This document shows, piece after piece, positions 1 to 7,572 of a DNA stretch of 57,442 nt (within the stretch, counting starts at the first letter, position 1; every line of letters begins with the position of its first letter). A model generated the notes under the pieces. That model ran no database searches and was not told the DNA's origin. It saw nothing but the letters and a program-made list of their open reading frames with translations. The stretch comes from Clostridia bacterium. Lineage in GTDB: Bacteria; Bacillota; Clostridia; Oscillospirales; SIG627. A program made the translations under genes and the position numbers. Where the stretch lies: positions 1 to 57,442 of the forward strand of contig JAGDAA010000112.1 in assembly GCA_017959745.1 (NCBI GenBank), given 5' to 3'.

Positions 1-873
1 AAAGGGCGGAGAGATCATCACGCGGACGGTAGTCTCGAAGCCCCCGTCGCGCTTCCTGGTGACCAGCTTTCCGAAGCGGTCGAAAAAGACGCCCGCCAGC
101 TCCTCCCGGACGAAGAGGGTCACGCTTTCCTCCCGTCCGCCGAACATCCCGAAGGTCTTTTTTTCGTAGGCGGCGGCGTCCAGGTCCCGGAAAGCCTCCT
201 TGCCGAAGCGTTCCCGGTCCGTTTGCCGGATGCTCTGCATCTTATCCACCCGGAAGTGGCGGATGGCGCCGCTGTTCTCCTCCACGCCGATGAGGTAGTA
301 GTTCTCGTTGTCCCAGTGGAGCAGGTAAGGGGAAACCACGTAGCGTCCCCCGTCCCGCCGGGGGACTTTCTTTCCGGCGCTGTTCCACTCAAAATACAGG
401 AAGGAAACGGCTCTGTCCTGATCCATAGCGGAGGAAAGGGCGTCCACGTTGAGATAGATGCTCTCGTTCATGGTCTTGATCCGTCCCGCCACCGTCACCT
501 GCCGGGAGAGGGATTTTGCCTGATGGACGCTGGTCAGCGTCTGGAGCTTCCGGATCAGCTCCGCGCTCTTTTTTGAGGTGAGAAAGCGGGAGGACTGCAC
601 CGCGTCCACCAAAAGGCGCAATTCCGGCAATTCAAAGTCCCGCTCCCCGAGAAAGTAGCCCGTGTGTTTTCCCTTCACCCGGACGATATCCATTCCGAAA
701 AGCTGCAGCTCCTCCAGGTCGCTGTAAAGACTCTTCCGTTCCGCGTTGATCCCCGCCCGGGCGAGATGCGTCCGCATTTGTGCCAGGGTCATGGGATGAT
801 CCTCATCCGTCCGCTCCGACAGGAGCTTTGCCAGGGTGAGGAGCTTGAGTTTTTGTCCAAAGGTCCGCGGCAT
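1..873 (-). CDS. WYL-domain transcriptional regulator (HTH + WYL); its 3' end runs off the window
   Basis: Absent from the ORF track because it has no stop inside the window. My reverse-strand translation from ATG 873 is open for 291 codons: MPRTFGQKLKLLTLAKLLSERTDEDHPMTLAQM...GGRYVVSPYLLHWDNENYYLIGVEENSGAIRHFRVDKM (WYL-type core). AGGAGG RBS lies 7 nt upstream. Confidence 0.75.
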   Translation of the reverse strand, partial: MPRTFGQKLKLLTLAKLLSERTDEDHPMTLAQMRTHLARAGINAERKSLYSDLEELQLFGMDIVRVKGKHTGYFLGERDFELPELRLLVDAVQSSRFLTSKKSAELIRKLQTLTSVHQAKSLSRQVTVAGRIKTMNESIYLNVDALSSAMDQDRAVSFLYFEWNSAGKKVPRRDGGRYVVSPYLLHWDNENYYLIGVEENSGAIRHFRVDKMQSIRQTDRERFGKEAFRDLDAAAYEKKTFGMFGGREESVTLFVREELAGVFFDRFGKLVTRKRDGGFETTVRVMISPPF

Positions 874-901
874 AGAGATTCCTCCTTTCCTCATCCTTTA
901 T

Positions 902-930
902 ATTGTACCATAAAAGGGACAGATATGCAA
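902..930 (-). promoter_or_regulatory. sigma-A-type promoter for the WYL regulator gene
   Basis: Reverse strand reads TTGCAT-17 nt-TACAAT, with TG just upstream of the -10. It lies about 30 nt upstream of the RBS. Confidence 0.5.
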
Positions 931-941
931 GTCTTCTTTTC

Positions 942-970
942 TTGACATTTTCTTCGACAGCTCCTATAAT
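942..970 (+). promoter_or_regulatory. consensus sigma-A promoter for the sugar kinase gene
   Basis: TTGACA (942-947), a 17-nt spacer, then TATAAT (965-970). Both hexamers are perfect consensus. It is divergent from the WYL gene promoter. Confidence 0.65.
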
Positions 971-1007
971 GGGATCACATTCGCAGAGAACTGAAAGGAG
1001 AGGTTCC

Positions 1008-2282
1008 ATGAAACCCCGGGAAGCGAAACGCGCCATTACCGACGGCGCCTATGACGAACTGTTTTTTACCTTGTACGGACAGGCATCGCCCCTTCAAAAG
1101 GAGCGGTATCTCGCCCTGATCGATACCTATACCGAAACCTTCGGCGGGGAGGATGATATCGCCGTCTTTTCCGCCCCCGGCCGCACGGAGATCGGCGGCA
1201 ACCACACGGATCACAACCGGGGCAGGGTCCTGGCGGGCTCCGTGGACCTGGACGTGATCGCCGTGGCGTCCAAAACGAGTGACTCCGTCGCCCACGTATA
1301 TTCCAAGGGCTTCGCGCCGGACGACGTGGATCTGGACGACCAGCGCGTCTACCCGGCGGAGCAGGGGCATTCCGCCGCTCTTCTGCGGGGGATCGCCCGG
1401 GCGCTGGACGAGAGGGGCTACAAGCGGGGCGGCTACAAGGCCGTTACCGTTTCCAATGTGCCCCGGGGCAGCGGTGTCTCTTCCTCCGCCGCCTTTGAGG
1501 TGCTGCTCACCACCATCCAGAACGCCTTTTATAACGATAACAAGATCCCCGCCATCGAGGTGGCGAAGATCAGCCAGTACGCCGAGCGGGCGTATTTCGG
1601 CAAGCCCTGCGGCCTGATGGATCAGGCGGCTTGCGCCGTGGGCGGCATCTGTATGTTCGATTTCGCCGACGAGGCGAACCCCACGGTCACCCCCGTCCCC
1701 TTCCGCTTCGATCAGTCCGGGTATAAACTGTGCCTGGTCTCCGTGGGCGGCGATCATTCCGATCTCACGGACGCCTACGCCGCCATCCCCGCCCGGATGA
1801 AGCAGGTGGCGGGCTGTTTCGGTAAAGAGTTCCTGAACGAAGTGACCTTGGAGGACTTGACAAAGCACATCTCTTCCGTCCGGGAGAAATGCGGGGACGA
1901 CGCGGTCCTCGCCGCCCTCCACTTCCTCCGGGAGACCGAGCGGGTCCCCCTGGAGCGGGAGGCGCTGCTGGCAGGGGATTTCCCCCGCTTTTTGAAGCTG
2001 GTCACCGCCTCGGGGCATTCCTCCTTCGAGTATCTGCAAAACGTTCTGGTCCCCCGCGAAAACGCCTGCCAGGGCGCCGCCATCGCCCTCTTTTACGCCG
2101 CGGAGCTTTTGGCGGACCGGGGCGCCTGGCGCATCCACGGCGGGGGCTTCGGCGGCACCACCCAGAATTTCGTGCCGGACGATCTGGTCCCCGCCTTCCG
2201 GGAGACCATGGACGGCGTCTTCGGCGAAGGCGCCTGCCACGTCCTTCTGATCCGCCCCGTGGGACCCGTTCAGGTCATCTGA
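1008..2282 (+). CDS. galactokinase-family GHMP sugar kinase
   Basis: GRTEIGGNHTDHNRG (galactokinase-signature variant) and PRGSGVSSSAAFEVL (GHMP ATP-binding motif). Start moved to ATG 1008, which follows the GAAAGGAGAGG RBS; the ORF-track start at 903 precedes the promoter. Confidence 0.8.
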   Translation: MKPREAKRAITDGAYDELFFTLYGQASPLQKERYLALIDTYTETFGGEDDIAVFSAPGRTEIGGNHTDHNRGRVLAGSVDLDVIAVASKTSDSVAHVYSKGFAPDDVDLDDQRVYPAEQGHSAALLRGIARALDERGYKRGGYKAVTVSNVPRGSGVSSSAAFEVLLTTIQNAFYNDNKIPAIEVAKISQYAERAYFGKPCGLMDQAACAVGGICMFDFADEANPTVTPVPFRFDQSGYKLCLVSVGGDHSDLTDAYAAIPARMKQVAGCFGKEFLNEVTLEDLTKHISSVREKCGDDAVLAALHFLRETERVPLEREALLAGDFPRFLKLVTASGHSSFEYLQNVLVPRENACQGAAIALFYAAELLADRGAWRIHGGGFGGTTQNFVPDDLVPAFRETMDGVFGEGACHVLLIRPVGPVQVI

Positions 2283-2302
2283 CGCGCCCCCGCGCCGGAC
2301 CG

Positions 2303-2346
2303 AAAAAAAGGGACTGCTCTCTGTAAAAGAGAGCAGTCCCTTTTTA
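2303..2346. terminator. bidirectional rho-independent terminator between convergent genes
   Basis: AAAAAAA-GGGACTGCTCTC-loop-GAGAGCAGTCCC-TTTTT. Confidence 0.75.
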
Positions 2347-2360
2347 TATGCCGTGAAATC

Positions 2361-3350
2361 TTAATACAAAGACAGGATCTTGCTGGTCTCGATGAGATGC
2401 TCGTCGATGTCCTTCTTCATTTCCAGTGCCTCTTCGATATCCAGATCCACCACGCTTTCGCCCTTCATGGCGATCACCCTGCCGGTGATCCCCTGGGCGA
2501 GGAGGGAAACGGCTTTGGCGCCCATGAGGGATGCCGCCACCCGGTCCCGCACCGTGGGACTGCCGCCCCGCTGCTGATGCCCTAAGATCGTGGCGTTGGT
2601 GGTGATCCCCGTGATCTCCTTGATCTGCTGGGCGATCTCCATGGAACCGCCCACGCCCTCCGCCACAATGATGATGTAGTGGTGCTTGCCCGCGTTCCGG
2701 CAGGCGAGGATGGGCTTGATGATATCCTCGTTGATGTCGAAGTCCTTTTCCGGGATAATGCACGCCTCCGCGCCCCCCGCGATGCCGCAGTTCAGGGCGA
2801 TGTAGCCCGCGTTCCGCCCCATCACCTCCACCACACTGCAGCGCTCGTGGCTGTAGGCGGTGTCTTTGATGCGGTCGATGGCTTCCTTCACCGTATTCAT
2901 AGCGGTGTCATAGCCGATGGTGTAATCCGTGCATCCCACGTCGTTGTCGATGGTGGCGGGGATCCCGATCACGGGCATGCCCGCCCGGTGCAGATCCCTG
3001 GCGCCCCGGAAGGAGCCGTCGCCGCCGATGACCACCAGGGCGTCCAATTTGAAAATCTCCGCCATGGCTTTGCCCCGCCGGACCCCCTCGGGGGTGGCGA
3101 ATTCTTTGGAGCGGGCGGTGAGCAGCACCGTGCCGCCCCGGCTGATGATGTTGGAAACGGAATGGGCGTTCATTTCGCTGATCTCGCCCTCCAAAAGGCC
3201 TTCATAGCCCCGCTGGATCCCGAATACCTGCAGCTTGCGGTATAGCCCGGCACGCACCACGCCCCGAAGGGCGGCGTTCATGCCCGGCGCGTCGCCGCCC
3301 GAGGTCAGAACCCCGATCCGGCGGATCTCTTTTTTGTTGGATTCACTCAT
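2361..3350 (-). CDS. pfkA: ATP-dependent 6-phosphofructokinase
   Basis: IGVLTSGGDAPGMNAA, VVIGGDGS and IGIPATIDND motifs; 329 aa; GGGAGG RBS. Confidence 0.95.
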   Translation of the reverse strand: MSESNKKEIRRIGVLTSGGDAPGMNAALRGVVRAGLYRKLQVFGIQRGYEGLLEGEISEMNAHSVSNIISRGGTVLLTARSKEFATPEGVRRGKAMAEIFKLDALVVIGGDGSFRGARDLHRAGMPVIGIPATIDNDVGCTDYTIGYDTAMNTVKEAIDRIKDTAYSHERCSVVEVMGRNAGYIALNCGIAGGAEACIIPEKDFDINEDIIKPILACRNAGKHHYIIIVAEGVGGSMEIAQQIKEITGITTNATILGHQQRGGSPTVRDRVAASLMGAKAVSLLAQGITGRVIAMKGESVVDLDIEEALEMKKDIDEHLIETSKILSLY

Positions 3351-3427
3351 TGTTTGCCTCCCGGTTTCTTATGTTCCTGTTTTCTTTGGATCCAGTATAG
3401 CACCTTTGCGGGAAAATGCAAGGGCGC

Positions 3428-4240
3428 TTATTTTGCTTTTTGATGGGTTTTTTCTCGCCTGGACCGTTTTTTCCGGCCCTGAAAAAAGCAGGAGGAGAGA
3501 CGCGTTTCCGCCGGGATTGCCAGGGTCAGAAGACAGCGGTCCCCCGCCCGGCGCATAGTCAGTTCATACCGGCTTTCACCGAGGGTCACGGTCGCTTCGG
3601 GATAGTCGTCCTTCTCCGCTCCATCCTCTCGCAGAAACTTACGGACGATCGCCGGGGTGATCGCCGCCTGCTCCGGCAGGGAAAATACGAGCAGAGCGCG
3701 CTTGTTTTCCAGCTTCACGTCTATGCGCACCCTCTCGTCCCCGCAAAGGAGGTGCAAAAGCCGGCAGATCCTGCGGATCAGATCCAGGCTCTCCGGCGTT
3801 GTCCACAGCTTCGATTTTCCGGGGACGGCGGAATCCGTCAATGTGGCGCCCGCGTCCGCCAGAACCGCGCGCAGCTCCAGAGGACCCTCCGGCGCCGTTT
3901 CGCCGGCAATTCCGTTCTCCGGCGCCAGCAGGCACTTTGCCATCTCCGCCTCGGCGGGAGTAAAGAGCCGGAGCAGGACCAGCTTCCGGAATCCGTTTTC
4001 CGGCGGCGGCAACCAGAGCAGGGCGGGGTTTCCCAGGATCGGACGCACCAACAGCGCCGACCTTTCCGCCCCCTTTTCCCGGATCAGGCAGTCCAGCTTC
4101 CGCAGGCGGGGAAAGATCCGGGCGGCTTTTTTGTTGCGGCACCGGATGCGCCAGGATCTGTCCAGCGCCACCGCCGGAACGGGAAAGGCCTCGATCTCCT
4201 GCCTGACACTGCTCAAAAGTAGGTTTCTCTTGTTTTTCAT
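3428..4240 (-). CDS. hypothetical protein (N-terminal half weakly PAS-like)
   Basis: Long ORF with coding-like G/C3 bias and GGAG 5 nt before ATG 4240. I recognise no diagnostic motif. Confidence 0.5.
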   Translation of the reverse strand: MKNKRNLLLSSVRQEIEAFPVPAVALDRSWRIRCRNKKAARIFPRLRKLDCLIREKGAERSALLVRPILGNPALLWLPPPENGFRKLVLLRLFTPAEAEMAKCLLAPENGIAGETAPEGPLELRAVLADAGATLTDSAVPGKSKLWTTPESLDLIRRICRLLHLLCGDERVRIDVKLENKRALLVFSLPEQAAITPAIVRKFLREDGAEKDDYPEATVTLGESRYELTMRRAGDRCLLTLAIPAETRLSSCFFQGRKKRSRREKTHQKAK

Positions 4241-4353
4241 CAAATCTCCTGAAAAAAATGATCGATGCTATAAACTGTCCTTTTTATTGGACACACATTG
4301 CGATAGAATGCAGGTGAAGAAAGAAACAGACACGATGAGAAAGGAGAAAAGCG

Positions 4354-4740
4354 ATGCGGGAAAAGCTGAAAGAACTGGAAGAAAAGGCAAAGGCGGGGGA
4401 TTATACCGCCGCTATGAATCTGGCGGAAGCCTTGAAGTGGGGCTATTACGGGGAAGCGTCTCCCTCCCGGGCGATGGCGCTGTACCGCGCTTGTACCGCC
4501 GCTCCCTCCCGGGCGTTGGCGGCGAGTGCCTGGTACAACCTGGGCGTTTTCTACTACTACGGGCTTTTGGATGAAAAAACGGACGTGCGCCTGGCGTTCG
4601 ACTGCTTTATGAAATCCGCCCTGCTCCTGCCGGGTAAGGAGGCGCTGTCCAGGCTGGCGGATATGTACCGCTACGGACAGTATGTGGAGCAGAATGATTC
4701 CGTCGCCTTGCACCTCTACCTCAAGGCGGCGAGCGCTTAA
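4354..4740 (+). CDS. Sel1/TPR-like repeat protein
   Basis: Repeated A..LA..Y..G.GV/E.D...A..WY/L.KAA pattern typical of Sel1 repeats; AAGGAG RBS. Confidence 0.7.
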   Translation: MREKLKELEEKAKAGDYTAAMNLAEALKWGYYGEASPSRAMALYRACTAAPSRALAASAWYNLGVFYYYGLLDEKTDVRLAFDCFMKSALLLPGKEALSRLADMYRYGQYVEQNDSVALHLYLKAASA

Positions 4741-5066
4741 GGCGCGTCCTGTTCCACCGGCGGCGTCACCGGGGTGTAAACCGCCCCCTCCGGCAGCTTG
4801 ATCAGATCTCCCAGAAGGGCGGGCTCTTCCGCCAGGCGCTCCTTGACCGCGTGGCTCGCCTTTTTCAGGCGGGCTTCCAGGCTAGCGGCGGTTCCGCGGC
4901 TTTCGCTCATCCACAGCGCCGCCATAGTAAGAGGCGCTCGATACCGTGTGTATCGGGCGCCTCTTTTGCCCCCGCCGCGATGCTCCTTCAGCCGGCGCGC
5001 GGGGTCGGTGGTGATCCCGGCGTAGAGCGAGCCGTCGCCGCAGTGAAGCAGATAGGTGTAAAACAT
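4737..5066 (-). CDS. GIY-YIG nuclease-domain small protein
   Basis: N-terminus MFYTYLLHCGDGSLYAGITTDPARRLKEH is the GIY-YIG core. Its start overlaps the cysE stop by 1 nt (TAATG). Confidence 0.85.
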   Translation of the reverse strand: MFYTYLLHCGDGSLYAGITTDPARRLKEHRGGGKRGARYTRYRAPLTMAALWMSESRGTAASLEARLKKASHAVKERLAEEPALLGDLIKLPEGAVYTPVTPPVEQDAP

Positions 5067-5902
5067 TACGCCTTGGGCGGCTTGTAGTAGATCTTACTGC
5101 CCGCCGGTACGGACTTGGTCAGCCAAACCGAGCCGCCGATGGTGCTGTTGTCGCCGATGAATACGTCGCCTCCCAAAATGGTGGCGTTGGCGTAGATGAC
5201 CACGGTGCTGCCGATGTTGGGATGCCGCTTGATCCCCTTCACCGGGTTCCCGTCCTCGTCCAGCTCAAAGCTCCGGGCGCCCAGGGTCACGCCCTGATAC
5301 AGCTTCACGTGATCCCCGATCAACGTGGTTTCTCCCACCACGATGCCCGTGCCGTGGTCGATGCAGAAGTATTCCCCGATGGTCGCCCCCGCGTGGATGT
5401 CGATCCCCGTTTTTTCGTGGGCGAATTCCGTCATGATCCGGGACACCAGCGGCACCTTCAGCCGGTACAGCTCGTGAGCGAGTCGGTAAATGGTGATGGC
5501 GTAAAAACCGGGATAGCAGAGCAGGACCTCCTCGTTGCTCTTGGCGGCGGGGTCCCCCTCGTACAGGGCGATAACGTCCTTCATCAAAAGGGCTTTCACC
5601 GCGGGCAGCCGTTCCAAAAACGCGTCTACCACCGCCTGCGCGTCCAGATCATCCTTCCGGAACGCCGCGGCTTTTTTGATCTCGTCCGTGAGCGTTGCCC
5701 GGCATTTCGCCAGCAGTCCCGCGCCGTTCAGCCCATCCTGCCGGACGCTGTCGGAGGTAAAATACCCGGGAAAGATCAGCGCTTGCAGATCCTTGATCAC
5801 TTCAATGACCGCCTTCCGGTCCGGCGCCGGCGCCTCCCGGGTCACAGGGCGCACCACGCTCTCCGTCCCGTCAAGCTCTTTTATAACGCGGTCCAGTTCC
5901 AT
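5066..5902 (-). CDS. cysE: serine O-acetyltransferase
   Basis: Left-handed beta-helix hexapeptide region IDIHAGATIGEYFCIDHGTGIVVGETTLIGDHVKLYQGVTLG preceded by a SATase N-terminal helical domain; AAGGAG RBS. Confidence 0.9.
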   Translation of the reverse strand: MELDRVIKELDGTESVVRPVTREAPAPDRKAVIEVIKDLQALIFPGYFTSDSVRQDGLNGAGLLAKCRATLTDEIKKAAAFRKDDLDAQAVVDAFLERLPAVKALLMKDVIALYEGDPAAKSNEEVLLCYPGFYAITIYRLAHELYRLKVPLVSRIMTEFAHEKTGIDIHAGATIGEYFCIDHGTGIVVGETTLIGDHVKLYQGVTLGARSFELDEDGNPVKGIKRHPNIGSTVVIYANATILGGDVFIGDNSTIGGSVWLTKSVPAGSKIYYKPPKA

Positions 5903-5992
5903 AGCTTCTCCTTGTCGTCAGCGTCCCTTTGCTGTGCGCCGCTCTCAAACGATTGTTTTCCACCGTCGCGCAACTGTTCTTATAGTGCTGAC

Positions 5993-6021
5993 ATTGTATC
6001 ACATCCCGCCCCTCTTTGCAA
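5993..6021 (-). promoter_or_regulatory. sigma-A-type promoter for cysE
   Basis: Reverse strand reads TTGCAA-17 nt-TACAAT, implying an ~80-nt leader before the cysE ATG. Confidence 0.55.
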
Positions 6022-6060
6022 GCCGAAACCTCAAAAAATGTTTTCGCTCGATTCGCGGCG

Positions 6061-6300
6061 ATCAATAGCAAAGGACCTGCCCCCCGGGCAGGTCCCATGT
6101 ATCTTTTCCGCAAATCGCTGCCGGCGAACCGTTCGTCGCCAATAGCTGACGGCTGACGGATTACATCTATCATCCCAAGCGTCAGCGAAGGATCCCCGCG
6201 CGAAAAGTCCTTCCCCCTCGGGGGAAGGTGGCGGCGGAACGCCGACGGATGAGGGGTAGCGCCCGCGAATTTGTGTTTCAATATTGTGGTTGATCAACCG
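6061..6300 (-). ncRNA. candidate structured non-coding RNA or riboswitch-like element (class unresolved)
   Basis: Non-coding gap containing several perfect GC-rich hairpins on the reverse strand: CCTTCCCC-CGA-GGGGAAGG, GCTGACG...CGTCAGC, and a final GGACCTGCC-loop-GGCAGGTCC followed by TTTGCTATT. It contains GGGGATCC, GTAATCC and CCGTCAGCTA, which recall ydaO-class motifs. Confidence 0.3.
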
Positions 6301-6318
6301 CCCCGTCTCCCCCCAATA

Positions 6319-6361
6319 AAAAAGCCGAAACCGGAAACGGACCCTGTCCGTTTCCGGTTTC
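6319..6361 (-). terminator. rho-independent terminator of spo0A
   Basis: Reverse strand reads GAAACCGGAAACGGAC-loop-GTCCGTTTCCGGTTTC followed by a T-run. Confidence 0.85.
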
Positions 6362-6463
6362 TTCCTTAACGCGTTCCGCCATAGCGGGGCGCGCATCACT
6401 GTGCCGCAGGCACAACATCACGGCGCGAAGCGCGTCATAACTCTAAACGCGCCGTCAGGCGCC

Positions 6464-7225
6464 TCAAACCGCCATTCCCCGCATCTTCAGCCGCAGATTG
6501 TCCGCGATCATAGCGATGAATTCCGAATTGGTTGGCTTGCCTTTGCTATTCTGCACCGTGTAGCCGAAAAAGGAATCGATCACGTCCACGTCGCCCCGGT
6601 CCCACGCCACCTCAATGGCGTGGCGGATGGCGCGCTCCACCCGGCTGGGGGTGGTGTTGAATTCCTTTGCCACCCCGGGGTAGAGGGTTTTTGTCACCTC
6701 CCCGATCACCCGGCTGTCTCGCACCACCATGATAATGGCGTAGCGAAGATATTGATATCCCTTGATGTGCGCCGGGATCCCCACCTGATGAATGATCCGC
6801 GTCACCTGCGCCTCCAGATCGAAATCGTCCTCCAGTTTGAACCGGTCCATCTCCGTCACTTGTATGATCTTGTCCGCCAGGGCGTCATAGTCGAAGGGAC
6901 GGATCACCACACTGGAGATCCCGCCCGCGAAGGCGTCCTCCAGGATCTGTCGCCCGGTGACCGCGGTAACCAGAATAAATTTCGGCGCCTTTCCCTTCAT
7001 CACCCGCTTCACCTCCCGGATGAGACTGGTGAGGTCGTAGCCCGGAAACCAAAGATCCAGCAGTACCGCGTCCGGCTGGAGCCGGACGATCTCCCGCAGC
7101 GCCTCCTGCCCGTCCCCGGTATCACCCACCACGGAAAAACCCAAGTTGCTCAAGTTTTCCCGGCAGACAAAGCGAAAATCTCCGCCCGCGTCAATGATGT
7201 AAACCTTTTTCCCGTTCTGTTTCAT
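6464..7225 (-). CDS. spo0A: sporulation master regulator Spo0A
   Basis: C-terminal domain carries the Spo0A hallmarks: [33 protein letters not shown] and [13 protein letters not shown]. The N-terminal half is a receiver domain. Start moved to ATG 7225 (GGAGGAAAG RBS); the longer ORF-track start crosses the regulatory region. Confidence 0.95.
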   Translation of the reverse strand: MKQNGKKVYIIDAGGDFRFVCRENLSNLGFSVVGDTGDGQEALREIVRLQPDAVLLDLWFPGYDLTSLIREVKRVMKGKAPKFILVTAVTGRQILEDAFAGGISSVVIRPFDYDALADKIIQVTEMDRFKLEDDFDLEAQVTRIIHQVGIPAHIKGYQYLRYAIIMVVRDSRVIGEVTKTLYPGVAKEFNTTPSRVERAIRHAIEVAWDRGDVDVIDSFFGYTVQNSKGKPTNSEFIAMIADNLRLKMRGMAV

Positions 7226-7286
7226 ATTTCTTTCCTCCGTTTTAATAGAATTGACTGAGGTTGCGGCGCGAAAGGATCGCCCCGCG

Positions 7287-7328
7287 CCGGTACAGTAGAA
7301 GCCCGGTACCGGCAAAGTAGAAGCCCGG
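7287..7328. repeat. tandem 22-nt direct repeat in the spo0A leader
   Basis: CCGGTACAGTAGAAGCCCGG-TA-CCGGCAAAGTAGAAGCCCGG, flanked by inverted GCGCCGG / CCGGCGC. Confidence 0.7.
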
Positions 7329-7360
7329 CGCTCACCCGGCATAAGGCTCACCGGCTCTGC

Positions 7361-7424
7361 CAATAATTTACCAAATAATGGCAAATAATGCAAGCGGTTT
7401 TGAATAATTTTTGCCAAATAATGG
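7361..7424. promoter_or_regulatory. array of five AATAAT-core motifs upstream of spo0A (possible operator or UP-like array)
   Basis: AATAAT at 7362, 7374, 7384, 7403 and 7417. CCAAATAATGG occurs twice exactly (7371-7381 and 7414-7424). Confidence 0.4.
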
Positions 7425-7495
7425 AAATTTTAGCAACCCTGACAAAACCGCCGCCCCTGTTTTATGGCGCTTTATACAACAAGCGGAGGAAAGAA

Positions 7496-7502
7496 TGTCG
7501 AA
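7496..7502 (+). promoter_or_regulatory. 0A-box-like site (TGTCGAA) upstream of spo0A
   Basis: Exact match to the TGNCGAA core known from Bacillus. A near-copy, CGACGAA, lies at 7506-7512. Confidence 0.4.
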
Positions 7503-7528
7503 TTCCGACGAACGGCGGGAAACGGCAT

Positions 7529-7563
7529 AAATAAAAGCGGCTCGCCGTTTCCGGCGAACCGCT
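7529..7563 (-). terminator. rho-independent terminator of spoIVB
   Basis: Reverse strand reads AGCGGTTCGCCGG-AAA-CGGCGAGCCGCT followed by TTTTATTT. Confidence 0.8.
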
Positions 7564-7572
7564 CTTCCCGGT

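Noticed and set aside
5903-6300. T-box, SAM (S-box) or cobalamin riboswitch upstream of cysE
   Set aside because: I looked for the T-box GGGTGGTACCGCG element, the S-box core and GCCACTG / a B12 box. Only weak fragments appear (CGACGGTGGAAAAC, GGGACCTGCC), with none of the required companion motifs.
6031-6399. 122-aa reverse-strand ORF in the spo0A-cysE spacer
   Set aside because: It runs through the spo0A terminator hairpin and the structured element. It has no RBS, and its composition is typical of non-coding GC-rich sequence.
7226-7417. N-terminal extension of the spo0A ORF (track start 7417)
   Set aside because: The extension crosses the repeat and AT-rich regulatory region. A strong RBS precedes ATG 7225, and the receiver domain begins right there.
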